Of a stretch of DNA of 64,000 nucleotides, positions 1 through 12,805 are shown piece by piece. This stretch comes from Octopus sinensis (lineage: Eukaryota): positions 18,724,001 through 18,788,000 of the forward strand of contig NC_042998.1 of the NCBI RefSeq assembly GCF_006345805.1. Direction: 5' to 3'. The notes beneath the pieces were generated by a model. It was not told the origin of the DNA, did no database searches, and saw only the letters and a program-made list of their open reading frames with translations. The position numbers were made by a program, and so were the translations under genes. Position 1 is the first letter of the stretch. The number at the start of each line of letters is the position of its first letter.

Positions 1-641
1 TCGTTTCAATCTGAGGACAGTATATAAGAATCAAACATCCAGTCAACATCATGGTATTTAGAGTGATCACTAGTGATGACGACGTTATGCCTCCATTCAT
101 CTTCCCACACGGCTTCAGATTCGACACGAATGCCTACATCAAGTGTTTGGAGGCGGTAGTTCTGCCCTGGGTCAAGAGGGTAGCTGCTGGAAGACCCTAT
201 GTCTGGCAACAGGACTCTGCACCATGCCACACAAACATGAGAATCCAGTCATGGCTGTCCGACAATTTCTGAGACCACAAAACACCTAATATCCGGCCAC
301 TTAACTCCCCAGACTGCAACCTCTTTGATTATTGTGCCGGAAGCAGTTGAGCGAGAGACCAACAAAACTCCTTGTAAAATCAAAGATGAGCTAAAAGCAT
401 GGATTATGGCAGCATTCACCAACTTCAACAAAGACACAATTCACGAGAGTTGTAGGAGAATCAAAAGGCATCTGAAGGTCGTCATTGAAGATAAATGGGA
501 TTTTAGCAACTAAATTTTAGCGACTCTTTAGTATTTCACAGTATTCGTACGTAATTTTGGTGAATATATCTGTTAACATGAGATGTCAAAATTAATTTCA
601 TTTTAGCCTAATTTAGACGGCAATATATTAACCGTATCTTG
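1..641 (+). mobile_element. Tc1/mariner-superfamily DD37D (maT-type) transposon, 3' part, pseudogenised
   Basis: Reads VMPPFIFP...YVWQQDSAPCHT...SDNF*DHKTPNIRPLNSPDCNLFDY, with 37 residues between the 2nd and 3rd catalytic Asp. It has an in-frame stop and a frameshift. A degenerate TIR-like end is followed by TA at ~641. Confidence 0.85.
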
Positions 642-772
642 TATATATACTATATATATATATTATATATATATATATCACACACATATCAAACATATAG
701 ATATATTTGTACGCTTACACATACATGCAGAATACATACATACATACATAGTTATGGGGGTGCTGGAACATG

Positions 773-872
773 NNNNNNNNNNNNNNNNNNNNNNNNNNNN
801 NNNNNNNNNNNNNNNNNNNNNNNNNNNNNNNNNNNNNNNNNNNNNNNNNNNNNNNNNNNNNNNNNNNNNNNN
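773..872. other. assembly gap (100 N)
   Basis: Run of exactly 100 n. Confidence 1.
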
Positions 873-1157
873 GATTGAACTATAATCCATATAGTTTCAA
901 ATTTACAGTATGTGTCGATCGATACACTTCTTGATTGCATGAATGAGTTATATTTTTATGCATACCTTCCAGAAGTATAATATTCCTGAATCTTCATAGC
1001 AACGGGATAGGATATCGATACTATTTCAGTAACAGAATGAGGTGTTATTCATAGTGCTATGACGTTAATAAAATTTGTAGCACTAATATATCACACATAC
1101 ATACGATCACATACGTTAACACATGCGTACGCTCCTACAAACACATACGCATTTATA

Positions 1158-1653
1158 GACGTAGGAGTGGCTGTGTGGTCAGTAGCTTGCTTACCAACCA
1201 CATGGTTCCGGGTTCAGTCCCACTGCGTGGCACCTTGGGGCAAGTGTCTTCTACTATAGCCTCGCGCCGACCAAAGCCTTGTGAGTGGATTTGGTAGACG
1301 GAAACTGCAAGAAGCCCGCCGTATATATGTATATATATATATATATATAATATATATATAATATATATATATATATAATATATATATATGTGTGTGTGTG
1401 TGTATGTGTGTGTGTGTGTATGTGTGTGTGTGTGTGTATATAGGTTTGTGTGTCTGTGTTGTCCTCCCAAAATCGTTTGACAATCGATGCTGGCATGTTT
1501 TCGTCCCCGTCACTTAGCAGTTCGGCAAAAGAGACCGATAGAATGAGTAATAGGCTTCCAAAGAGTAAGGCCTGGAGTCGATTTGCTCGACTAAAGGCGG
1601 TGCTCCAGCATGGCCACAGTCAAATGAGTGAAACAAGTAAACGAATAAAAGAA
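1158..1653 (+). mobile_element. SINE family A (tRNA-derived head, internal TA/TG microsatellite, CR1-type tail)
   Basis: Head ggagtggctgtgtgg...gggttcagtccc (A/B-box-like), then ccttgggcaagt, and tail ggcggtgctccagcatggcc...gaaacaagtaaa. More than 10 copies in the window. Confidence 0.9.
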
Positions 1654-2339
1654 TTGTGTGAGTATGTGGGATTGCATGTTGTGCATTGCATTTGTAAGAG
1701 AGTTTCTGATAAAGCATTAGTGTGTGAATAAACTAATGTGTATTATTTGTCTGCTTTCCTTATACCGATAGACAGATTATTAATGTCTGTTTTGTCCATA
1801 TGCTACCTTTTCACAGTTTGATGAATTTGATGTAAGTATTTACATAGAAGCGACGGAATACTGATTGCTGTATTCGAGTGGTTGAACTCTGTGTTCGCTA
1901 TTGCTCTCTCGACACGCCAACCTGTACTATATCATACATATCGTAAAATGTAAACATTTATTGAAATTGAGTTTATCTAAATACGCACATCATACTCCAG
2001 ACAATAGCACTGGACGGCGAATAATACAAACGTCAATGTTATAATTTGATAAGAGATTTCGAATAATTGGCATTCGGAAAGCTAACAGAGAACAAGAAAG
2101 AATAAGAATTCGGATCCAATTTGTCAAGTGGTTGCATAAAGAAAGAGTGAATATATGTTTTGAGCATTTACAAGTTTAAAATTTAAAGTACACGCGATCC
2201 TTAACATACTGAGTAGTAAAATCTCATGAACTGAAATGGACAAAGACCCATCTTACATATATACATATAGTCATACGTAAATACATATATACATATATGC
2301 ATTTATGTGCGTGCGTGTGTGGGTACACGTACAAATATA

Positions 2340-2735
2340 GGCGTAGGCGTGGCTGTTTGATAAAAAGCTTGCTTCCCAGCCGCATGTGTCCGGGGTTAGT
2401 CCCACAGCGGAGCACATTCAGCAGGTGTCTTCCATTATGGCGTCGGACCGACCAAAGCTTTCTGAGTGATTTCGTAGACGGAAACTGAAAGATAAGCATC
2501 GTATATATATATATGAGTGTGTGTGTGTTTTTTTTTATGTCTGTTTGTCCATCCATTACCGCTTGACAACCGGTATCTGTGTGCTTATATCCCTGTAACT
2601 TAGCAATTCGGCAAACGACTTAAATAGAATGAGTAAACAATAAGCCCTGCGGTCGACTAAAACGTTTCAAGACGTTGCTCCATCGTGGCCGCTGTCATAT
2701 GACTGAAACATGCAAATGAGCAAAAGTGCAAAAGA
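2340..2735 (+). mobile_element. SINE family A, diverged copy
   Basis: Colinear with 1158-1653 but with many substitutions. Confidence 0.8.
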
Positions 2736-2779
2736 ATTGTTGGTATCGCTGTGGAATAGTGTATTATAACACATACTTT

Positions 2780-2828
<49 letters not shown>

Positions 2829-3310
2829 ACATATAGATCTATATATATCTATATATATATATATATATAATAGTATATATATCTATTTGTAAAAAATGAA
2901 GTTCGAAAATGCTGCTGTATTATACAATTTTTAATTTTTATATATACATTATAACATGTTTCAGTTCCTGAAATGAACCTTATCAAAAAAGTTATATATA
3001 AAAAAAGACAGCTCATGCCGTCAAACACAAGAAATTCATTTATAATACACAACGGAGTCAGACATCTTAGAGTTCATGTATAGTTGATATATAGTTCATG
3101 TATAGTTGATATATAGTTTGAAGTATATGTTCAAAGTGTTCGATGCAGTGGCCCACGGTGGCGATACGTATTCAATACAAAAAACAGATCAAAGTGGTGG
3201 AAAGCGGTCAATACAGAAGATTCATGTTTCCGAAAGAGCGAGGAATTCATTTTTACCTTAAGCAATTGTGATGACCCATATATATTATTATCCAAATAAT
3301 ATATATATTA

Positions 3311-3711
3311 CTCTTTACCCTTTTACTTGTTTCAGTCATTTGACTGCGGCCATGCTGGAGCACCGCCTTTACTCGAGCAAATCGACCCCAGGACTTGTTC
3401 TTTGTAAGCCCAGTACTTATTCTATCGGTCTCTTTTGCCGAACCGCTAAGTGACCGGGACGTAAACACACCAGCATCGGTTGTCAAGCAATGCTAGGGGG
3501 AACACAGACACACAAACACATATACACATATATATACATACATATATACGACAGGCTTCTTTCAGTTTCCGTCTACCAAGTCCACTCACAAGGCATTGGT
3601 CGGCCCGGGGCTATAGCAGAAGACATTTGCCCAAGGTGCCACGCAGTGGGACTGAACCCGGAACCATGTGGTTGGTTAGCAAGCTACTTACCACACAGCC
3701 ACTCCTGCGCC
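3311..3711 (-). mobile_element. SINE family A
   Basis: Full-length reverse complement of the family A sequence. Confidence 0.9.
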
Positions 3712-4029
3712 TACGCTTAAGCAAACACATTAACATTTACTGTCAGAAACATAATACACACAAATAAATGCAAGCAGACGTATATGCACGCACGTGTGTG
3801 TTTATCAGGTACTTTGCTTTAAGCTGTGCAATATGTGCAATATGTGTAAGGATAGCTGTGTGTATAAAACATCAATCAATGCAAAAGAGAAGCTTCGCAA
3901 TATATGTAAGGGGATTTCAGTATGTGTAAACAAAGACAAAATATATTGTATCACATTACACGATATCCACTGCCCCAAATTTCGGGAAAAATTCACCTTT
4001 TCAAATGGCAGACAGACTAACAGACAGAT

Positions 4030-4068
<39 letters not shown>

Positions 4069-4151
4069 ATATAAAAGTGTTATCCAATGTTTCCCACCTC
4101 ATCAAAACATGTAAGCCTGGAAATGCATTTAAAGGTTCACCTTGTCTTCTT

Positions 4152-4539
4152 TGGCTGTGTGGTAAGTAGCTTGCTAACCAACCACATGGTTCCGGGTTCA
4201 GTCCCACTGCGTGACACCTTCGGCAAGTGTCTTCTACTATAGCCTCGGGCCGACCAATGCCTTGTGAGTGGATTTGGTAGACGGAAACTGAAAGAAGCCC
4301 GTCGTATATATGTATATATATGTGTGTGCGTGTGTATTTGTGTGTTTGTGTTTGTCACCTTAGCATTGCTTGACAACCGATGCTGGTGTGTTTATGTCCC
4401 CGTCACTTGGCGGTTCGGCAAAAGAGACCGGTAGAATAAGTACTGGGCTTACAAAGAATAAGTCCCGGGGTCGATATGCTCGACTAAAGGCGGTGCTCCA
4501 GCATGGCCGCAGTCAAATGACTGAAACAAGTAAAAGAGT
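4152..4539 (+). mobile_element. SINE family A
   Basis: Near full-length copy lacking the first ~10 nt. Confidence 0.9.
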
Positions 4540-4564
4540 ATTCTTTAAACGTCAACAGACTCCT

Positions 4565-4800
4565 TTCTAAAAGTTCTTCCATCCTCTCTCAGATCCACAT
4601 TTTTTCTGGGTTCTGTCCCTGGTCACAAAGATAGCGCAAAGGAGTTTATTCGGTGATGCCACCGTCTCCACCAGTATACAAGCAAGTATATTAAGTATGC
4701 TAAAACATAATATCTCTCTTTGACCTCTGTACCTGCCCTTGCAACTTCTTACCCTGCAACGGACTACACTATCCAGAACTTCCATTGCTTATGACTAACA
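4565..4800 (-). mobile_element. possible old RTE-group LINE 3' fragment
   Basis: Minus-strand KGRYRGQR...TRDR resembles the RTE C-terminal GRxRGRQR...DR motif; very degraded. Confidence 0.3.
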
Positions 4801-5205
4801 CATTGTCAGACTACCTTCAATCTATGTCACCAATATATTTAATTTCAAAAAGAAACATATTTTTACGATCAAAGACCTATGCTCCCGTGTATATACATCA
4901 AAAGCGTAGAGATGAAGAAAAATAGTAAGAGAGAGAGAGAGAGAGATTGGGGGGGATTTAAGAATATATATTCCACCCCAAGCTGTTTAAAGCATAAGAT
5001 AATTCTCGAAGATGTCGATTCTCAAGCTGGTTATCATTCTTTCAAGTGTAACGTTTATATACACAGCTTCCGCTGAGACCAGTGGTGACTCTACTCCGCG
5101 TTGGACCCTAGAATATGATGTGTTAGCTTATTCATCCCTTTATGTATAACATATTTGTACATAGATGTATATATACACACACGCACACACACACACACAC
5201 ACACA

Positions 5206-5243
<38 letters not shown>

Positions 5244-5274
5244 TTATATATACATTCTTTTATTATATTATTTT

Positions 5275-5392
5275 ATTCTTTTAATTGTTTTCTTCATTTG
5301 ACTGCAGCCATGCTATAGCACCGCCTTTAATCGAACAAATAACCCCCAAGACTTATTTATTCTTTGTAAGTGTAGTACTTATTCTATCGGTC
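5275..5392 (-). mobile_element. SINE family A 3' fragment
   Basis: catttgactgcagccatgctatagcaccgccttt...tacttattctatcggtc. Confidence 0.75.
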
Positions 5393-5706
5393 AAATTTGT
5401 CTATATATATATATATATATATAAATTTTCCTTTAACACCTCCCTGAAGTGAGACGTTGTTTCATCCTACGATGGAATCAATCTACAAATATTATTTTGG
5501 ACAACCGAGCCGCAAGAAACAGCTGCTTGGTTTGTAATAGTTTCCTTTAACCCCTTAATTCCCTATATCATATGTATTCTGTGTAAGTCGGACCTGTTTC
5601 TATGTAAACATATATACATTTTTTGTATTTCCTGTATTTAATATACTTTATATAATGATCTGTCTAACTCGCTTGTCCCTACATTTATATATATATATAT
5701 ATATAT

Positions 5707-5960
5707 AGGGAGATTTCATAAAAATACAAAAGAAGACAAGCCGTGTAGACAACAAACAGATGTATTAGTATAACGCTCGGGTATTGAAAAAGTCTTCAAT
5801 GTTTTGAGCCTACGCTCTTCCACAGAAAGGAACACAGAAAGAAACAAAGAGAGAAAAATGTGTGTAGTGGCTAGCGATCTATCACGGCGAACCGAATGCC
5901 GGACAGAAGGGTCACGCAGGAGAGCTAAGGAGAAGGGGAGATAACAAAGTAGTAGTGATA
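5707..5960 (-). mobile_element. Penelope-like terminal (pseudo-LTR) fragment in (TA)n
   Basis: Homologous to 9231-9420 and to the tail of the PLE at ~23560-23730. Degenerate hammerhead-like ctgtggaagagcgtaggctcaaaac on the minus strand. Confidence 0.65.
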
Positions 5961-5989
5961 TATATATCAGAGATTTACGGTACGTAACT

Positions 5990-6800
5990 CATCGATTAGA
6001 GTATTTTGAGAATTTCCTTGTTGTAAAAGAGTTATAATGCAGTGAATATATGAGAGAAAACGATTGGAAAAGTGAGGGCAATAATTGGGTGAAATGTAGG
6101 CGAGGTAAGGTAGTCACAAAAGCAAATTCCTGTCATGCAGTTTGGTTTATTTTTTTTCCTTTTTCTTTAAATTTTATGGGAATAAATTTACCGAATTGTA
6201 TTACCAGTAAAGTGATATAGGCGTTTATTGCATCTTACCTAGAATACTCCTTATAAACTTAGATATGTATGTGTTAGGAAGAGAATAGTTTGTTGGACAC
6301 GAGTTGTTAGTTTCGAGGAGTTGTTTCCAGCAAGTGCTCAACGTAAATAGGGTACAGAATGAACAAGAATTCTGTCTGATCCCTCCTTGTGAAAGGTTTA
6401 TCGAATAACAGTGGCAGTAGTGTCATTCGATGTGCTCACTTCAGTTTCTCTAGCAGGTGCTCGTGGGGGTAATTGTTTTACGTTTTGTACCTGCTTCGGC
6501 ATTATCTACACACATGGGGTTTTCGTTAAGTTTCAAAATATATTTGGAAATGAAGCAGTAAATGACACGATCGGTCACTTTGCTGCATTAATTACAAATA
6601 CGAGCAAATATATTTTGAATATATACTTTTACCTGATACAGCGAGGAGCACTGTTTTAAAGTGCATATCATTTTCTCATAGGATGATGTGTCGATACCAA
6701 CTTCTCTAAAGTTCAGTACAAATTCAAAAGTTGGGAGTCCTCTTATTTCTTCGGAATGTTCAATAGTAAAACCGATATTACTGTTTGTATCCAAAACTGT
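5990..6800 (-). mobile_element. degraded Penelope-like RT remnant
   Basis: ORF 6588-6794 NIGFTIEHS..LPTF...IDTSSYEK...ARIC resembles the PLE RT thumb region. Confidence 0.45.
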
Positions 6801-7319
6801 GTTTATTGTAGCGCAACAAGATGTGAGAACAAGTATGTCATAAAAAGTCTGTAAATTAAAATTCTTTTAATCTGATGTGTACAGACACACATTTTCTGTC
6901 TACAGTTCCCCCTCCAGCTGTATCAACATACTCAAGACTATGATTCCATGGAATGCGACAACTTGACTGGCAAGTTGTTGACTACTGTTCGAATCTATTC
7001 ACAAAGCATTGGCCAACCTGAGTCTGTTAGGAAACATTCTAGTAATTCTTGCACTATTCTTATAGAATCCGAGCTAAGTTGATGAAAATTAAATTTGTAA
7101 TTTAAACAGCTATACGTCTGCAACATTTTGAAAATTTATAACTTCTTATGATTTATAACAATTTTATCAGTTCTTGAACCTGTGACCGAGAGAAATCTAA
7201 TTGTACGCATTAAAAAAAATGGCAGCACAAGCCAGATTGGAGTAGTCACATGATCACTCTGTGTATGACAAGAATCAACTATGTCATCCTTAAATCACAT
7301 GAATAACCTTCTTAAAATC

Positions 7320-7557
7320 AAGGCGGTGAGCTGGCAGAAACGTTTGCACGCGGGCAAAATGTTCTGCCGTATTTCGCCTGCCGTTACGTTCAGAGTTCAA
7401 ATTCCGCCGAGGTCGACTTTGCCTTTAATCCTTTCGGGATCGATTAAATAAGTACCAGTTACGCACTGGGGTCGATGTAATCGACTTACTCCGTTTGTCT
7501 GTCCTTGTTTGTCCCCTCTGTGTGTAGCCCTTTGTGAGCAGTAAAGAAATAGAAATA
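7320..7557 (+). mobile_element. SINE family B monomer
   Basis: aggcggtgagctggcagaaacg...gagttcaaattcc...ggtcgactttgcc...aaagaaatagaaata. TSD gaataac(c/a)ttcttaaaat at 7301-7318 and 7558-7575. Confidence 0.9.
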
Positions 7558-8199
7558 GAATAACATTCTTAAAATTTGGCTGCATTGATTAATAGTTGAA
7601 ATGTGTATAATTATATAAATACTCGATCAAATCTGGCCTACAGCTAGGCGACTACCACTATAATTCTCCATGACAACATATTAATAAAGATACACTAAAC
7701 AAAACTAGATAAAAAATATTATTTGATATAACAACTACCTTCTGATAAACGAATCTAAATAAAAATATGAAGAAATGAATATCTATAAGATTCATTATCG
7801 AAGCCATATTAAAAGGAAAATATGATGAAAATCTCAAAAGACCGATAGTGCATTCCAGAAAGAAATTAATTCTAGAGACGATCGCAAATATAATACTTGA
7901 TTACAAAAATAAACCTCAGGATATATGAAGTCCGGAGATAGTGAATAAAAAAGAGACAATATTACATTCCCGTGAGTCTCGCCTGCAATAGAAACGACAA
8001 TAGCCAACGCCATTAATATTGTTCCTTCCAGGAACTTTAATGTTCCACGCAAGTATAAATGACAAGCAAAGCAATTATGACCAAGTCCTCAATAAAAGAC
8101 CATATATATATATACTGTTATAGTTAAAACATGTTGAGTCACGTAGAAGTTACTTACACAAATACACACGTATATATGCGTGTGGGCGGGGAGTGTACA

Positions 8200-8749
8200 T
8201 CTATTATATAAAATTCGTTCTGTCTGTCTGTCTGTCTGTCTTCTAGGATCTCGGGCATCCTCCATCGGATTGCGCTGAAATTTGATTTGTAGACACCGAC
8301 GGTATCAGGGCGTCTATAAGTCTCGAAAAAAATACAAAATCGATTCCAGGTGAGAAAACGATCTATAAAGACGTGGGAACATGCATTTGTACGCGCAAGC
8401 ACATCATCTGTTGCGATCGGTACTACGCGTACGCGAAAAAAAATGAACGTGCAGTTTGCGCAAAAAAATGCCGGCTGGCTTGAAATAATGCCACCAAATG
8501 CAGTATATTTAAGAGACCAAAAGAGTAAGATGCAAAAGAGACATTTTCTTCAAACTTGGCTTGAAGGAAGGAAAGACTATTTGGTTTCTCAAGAAGTTTT
8601 TTTTTTGCCTTAACTTCTTTAAGAAAACCAAAAGTTTTATTGAAATAAAGGCATGCCTAATTATTTTTTAATGAAATGAAAACACTAATTGCTTTTTATT
8701 CAGCAGATATGATTCAGTACCGTCCATGGGACGGTGGGCATTTGGCTCG
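8200..8749 (+). mobile_element. non-autonomous Helitron
   Basis: A|TCTATTATATAAAA start, subterminal hairpin ccgtcc-atg-ggacgg, end CTCG|T. Second copy at 42127. Confidence 0.75.
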
Positions 8750-8769
8750 TATATATATATTTATATATG

Positions 8770-9000
8770 TTTCTTTATTACCCACAAGGGGCTACACACA
8801 GAGGGGACAAACAAGGACAGACAAACGAATTAAGTCGATTACATAGACCCCAGTCCGTAACAGGTACTTAATTTATCGACCCCGAAAGGATGAAAGGCAA
8901 AGTCGACCTCGGCGGAATTTGAACTCAAAACGTAGCGGCAGACGAAATACGGCTACGCATTTCGCCCAGCGTGCTAACGTTACTGCCAGCTCGCCGCCTT
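8770..9000 (-). mobile_element. SINE family B monomer
   Basis: Full reverse-complement copy. Confidence 0.9.
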
Positions 9001-9003
9001 TTA

Positions 9004-9005
<2 letters not shown>

Positions 9006-9049
<44 letters not shown>

Positions 9050-9054
9050 ATATA

Positions 9055-9099
<45 letters not shown>

Positions 9100-9150
9100 A
9101 TATATAATATATATATATATATAATATATATATATATATAATATATATAT

Positions 9151-9229
<79 letters not shown>

Positions 9230-9230
9230 A
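9006..9230. repeat. (TA)n microsatellite
   Basis: Direct inspection. Confidence 0.95.
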
Positions 9231-9420
9231 CTTTTTTCTCTCCTTTTTTTCTCTTCTTTTTCTCTCCTTGTTTCTCTCCTTGTTTTTTTCTGTAGAAGAG
9301 CGTAGGCTCGAAACGTAATAGACTTTTTCTATTCCTGAACGTTATACTAATACATCTGCTTGTTTTGTAAACTACCTGTCTTCGTCTTTTGTTTTGTTTT
9401 TTTGTTTCGTAAACTCTGCC
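9231..9420 (+). mobile_element. Penelope-like terminal fragment in (TA)n
   Basis: ctgtagaagagcgtaggctcgaaacgta (degenerate minimal hammerhead). Same family as 5707-5960. Confidence 0.65.
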
Positions 9421-10107
9421 TATATATATATATATATATCCACTGCTTCAAACATTCATACGATTCAGATCTACTGGAGTGACCATCGCATAAATAACCA
9501 TGATCTAGCAGCAGCTATATAGCCGCACGTCATCAGTGTGTGGCTTTGAAAGCACTACTTTATCACGTCTAGTTTCACATTGTTTATGCAATATATACAA
9601 TAACTTACGAGTTATTATTTGAAAAGCGTCGCTTAATAATAGTACTGATATGCTTCAGCATATAAAATCGTGGGCAACGCTTATTAACAAACTAAATCCC
9701 TATAACAACTATGCTAATAAATGCAATTGAAAACAATATTGTTTATTATTGATGATATTGCTCAAAAGTGCATGCTAGCTATTATTTCTAACTGCAAAAC
9801 ACTTATAAGCCGGTAACGATGGAGGTAAACGAACTGATATGTTAACCGATTTGTTTTGTATAGAATACCGTGTGAGCTACCCATGATGGGAAGAGCTGTT
9901 TGCATTGTTGCATGTTTGCTAAATGCTTTAGGTAAATATGTTATTAACCCATTTGTAAGCACATATGCAAACATTCATACAAATATATATATATATAGAG
10001 AGAGAGAGGTGGGGAGACAGAGTGTGTGTGTCTGTGTGTGTGTGTGTGACAGGGAGATAGAGAGATAGAGAGAAGGAGACAGAGACATGTATGTGTACAT
10101 TCATATA

Positions 10108-10518
10108 CTCTTTGCTCTTTTACTTGTTTCAGTCATTTGACTGCGGCCATGCTAGAGCACTGCCTTTAGTCGAGCAGATCGACCCCAGGATTTAATCTTT
10201 GGAAGCCTAGTACTTATTCTATCGGTCTCTTTTGCCAAACAGCTAAGTTACGGGGACGTAAACACACCAGCATCGGTTGTCATGTGATGTTGAGGGAACA
10301 AACACAGACACACACACACACATACATATATATATATATGTATATATATATATACGACGGGCTTCTTTCAGTTTCCGTCTACCAAATCCACTCACAAGGC
10401 TTTTGTCGGCCCCAGGCTATAGTAGAAGACACTTGTCCAAGGTGCCACGCAGTGGGACTGAACCCGAAACCATGTGGTTGGTAAGCAAGCTACTTACCAC
10501 ACACAGCCACTCCTACGC
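10108..10518 (-). mobile_element. SINE family A
   Basis: Full reverse-complement copy. Confidence 0.9.
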
Positions 10519-11281
10519 TATATATGTATGTGTCAGGTCACTAGTGAAGCTGCTCATGAGTGCTACAGGTAATATGGAACCCAGTACAATTTATTGAATG
10601 GTCAGGGCATCAGCGACTAAACCGGCATTCTCACTATCTTTGCGTGGGAGGAGAGTTGCTGGGAACCCAGAAGGAATATAAACAAGGCCCGTCAAAAATA
10701 TGGGTAAACCTATTTCTTTCATTGGCTATCTAGAAATATCATGGGCTCTCAGAAATTCAGTGTTAGTGATCGATGTGCTGGAAGACCTGTGGGAGTGAGG
10801 TATCACTCAGCTTTTGTTAAAGCATGTTTATGAGAAGCTCACTTAGATATAAAGATATTCAGGAAGTGACACTGGATATTTCAGGTATATTTTACATGCG
10901 CTCGAGATCAGGGCGTTCCTACATTCCTGGAAATACGACTTATATTGACACTGCATATCTTCCACTAGCATGTCTGTGGATCATGTGAATAAAGAGGCAA
11001 GGATCTGTGAGGTGTTGTGAAACCTTTATTGGACATAGAAGTGCAATCTGACGATCAGCAGCATGGAAAGTCTCCGCTTCCCAGTTGATTACGAGGGTTC
11101 GCGGAAAGCATGGTAGTCGCAGGCCCGAAGCTAGAGGAAGCCGGCCGCTGATGCAATGAACTCATGCACGGGCATTGCTGAGGTTTCTTGGGCAATGGTC
11201 AGTGGTAGTCTTCGTAAGTCACATGCGGACACGCATCATGTACATATACATACATACTGATCGGACATGAGTGGAACGTTA

Positions 11282-11333
<52 letters not shown>

Positions 11334-11488
11334 CTGTGTGTGTGTGTGTGCAAATATGTTCTATGTATGTGTATATTTATAACTATAAACTGTGAAGACT
11401 GACGTTTCTCACGATTTGAATCTCGAAGTGCAATAAGTTAATCTTCACTCTGGTATAACACCACAAAAACAATTTCTTTGTGTATACC

Positions 11489-11907
11489 TATTTCTTTATT
11501 ACCCACAAGGGGCTAAACGCAGAGAGAACAGACAAGGACAGACAAAGGGATTAAGTCGATTACATCGACACCAGTGTATAAATGGTACTTATTTAATCGA
11601 CCCCCGAAAGGATGAAAGGCAAAGTCGACCTCGACGGAATTTGAACTCAGAACGTAACGGCAGACGAAATACCTATTTTTTTAAACTGCCCACAAGGGGC
11701 TAAACACAGAGAGGACAAACAAGGACAGACAAAGGGAGTAAGTCGATTACATCGACCCCAGTGTATAACTGGTACTTATTTAATCGACCCCGAAAGGATG
11801 AAAGGCAAAGTCTACTTCGACGGAATTTGAACTCAGAACGTAACGGCAGACGAAATACGGCTACGCATTTCACCTGGCGTGCTAACGGTTCTGCCAGCTT
11901 GCCGCCT
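11489..11907 (-). mobile_element. SINE family B dimer (one head, two bodies)
   Basis: Two ~183-nt units. TSD tttctttgtgtatacc at 11473-11488 and 11908-11923. Confidence 0.9.
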
Positions 11908-11949
11908 TTTCTTTGTGTATACCGTTAGCGGATTCAATTCAGGCATACC

Positions 11950-12546
11950 TATTTCTTTGTTACCCACAAGGGGCTAAACACAGAGGGGACAAACAAGGAC
12001 AGACATAGGTATTAAGTCGATTACATCGACCCCAGTGCGTAACTGGTACTTAATTTATCGACCCCGAAAGGATGGAAGGCAAAGTCGACCTCGACGGAAT
12101 TTGAACTCAGAACGTAGCGGCAGACGAAATACCTATTTCTTTATTACCCACAAGGGGCTGAACATAGAGGGGACAAACATGGACAGACATAGGTATTAAG
12201 TCGATTATATCGACCCCAGTGCTTAACTGGTACTTAATTTATCGACCCCGAAAGGATGAAGGCAAAGTCGACCTCGGCGGAATTTGAACTCACACCGTAA
12301 CGGCAGACGAAATACCTATTTGTTATTCCCACAAGGGGCTAAACACAGAGGGGCAAACAAGACAGACATAGGTATTAAGTCGATTACATCGACCCCAGTG
12401 CGTAACTGGTACTTAATTTATCGACCCCGAAAGGATGAAAGGTAAAGTCGACCTCGGCGGAATTTGAACTCACAACGTAACGGCAGACGAAATACCGCTA
12501 AGCATTTCACCCGGCGTGCTAACGTTTCTACCAGCTTGCCGCCTTT
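11950..12546 (-). mobile_element. SINE family B trimer (one head, three bodies)
   Basis: Unit boundaries at ~11947, 12131 and 12314. Flanked by an imperfect ~40-bp direct repeat (tttctttgtgtatac.gttagcggatt...). Confidence 0.9.
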
Positions 12547-12805
12547 TCTTTGTGTATACTGTTAGCGGATTTAAGTCAAACATGCCTGCAGCAATTATTT
12601 CTCCCACTTGGTTAAAAAAAATTGGATTGAAGTACTTGCGAAGATTCAGTACACGATAGATCATTCCACGCCACGTACAGAGGAGTGTCTGCTCTCTCTC
12701 TAAATCCCTCCAATTTTCTCTCTCTTTGCATGTACATGCAGTGATGTAAGACATCGCTATGTCATCAGAGAGAAGCCTATCCAAGTTCGTTTATTATTTA
12801 TATTT

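Noticed and set aside
3071-3117. 22-bp tandem duplication agttcatgtatagttgatatat x2
   Set aside because: An ordinary local duplication with no further structure.
3253-4570. Recurrent ORFs such as MTTDAGVF..., ...SFRLPNPLTR... and ...[15 protein letters not shown]...
   Set aside because: They are incidental reading frames of SINE A and SINE B. The recurrence reflects copy number.
10560-11280. GC-richer coding-like block, possibly an L1/Tx1 remnant (similar doubt for 13817-14270, 21660-22470, 36083-36340 and 43712-43927)
   Set aside because: No motif was clear enough to assign by eye. A tBLASTx or profile search is needed.
11489-12546. CRISPR-like or retrozyme array
   Set aside because: The units are whole SINE bodies with no unique spacers. 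I found no CUGANGA/GAAA hammerhead core on either strand, and each array starts with a complete head, which argues against a pure circular template.
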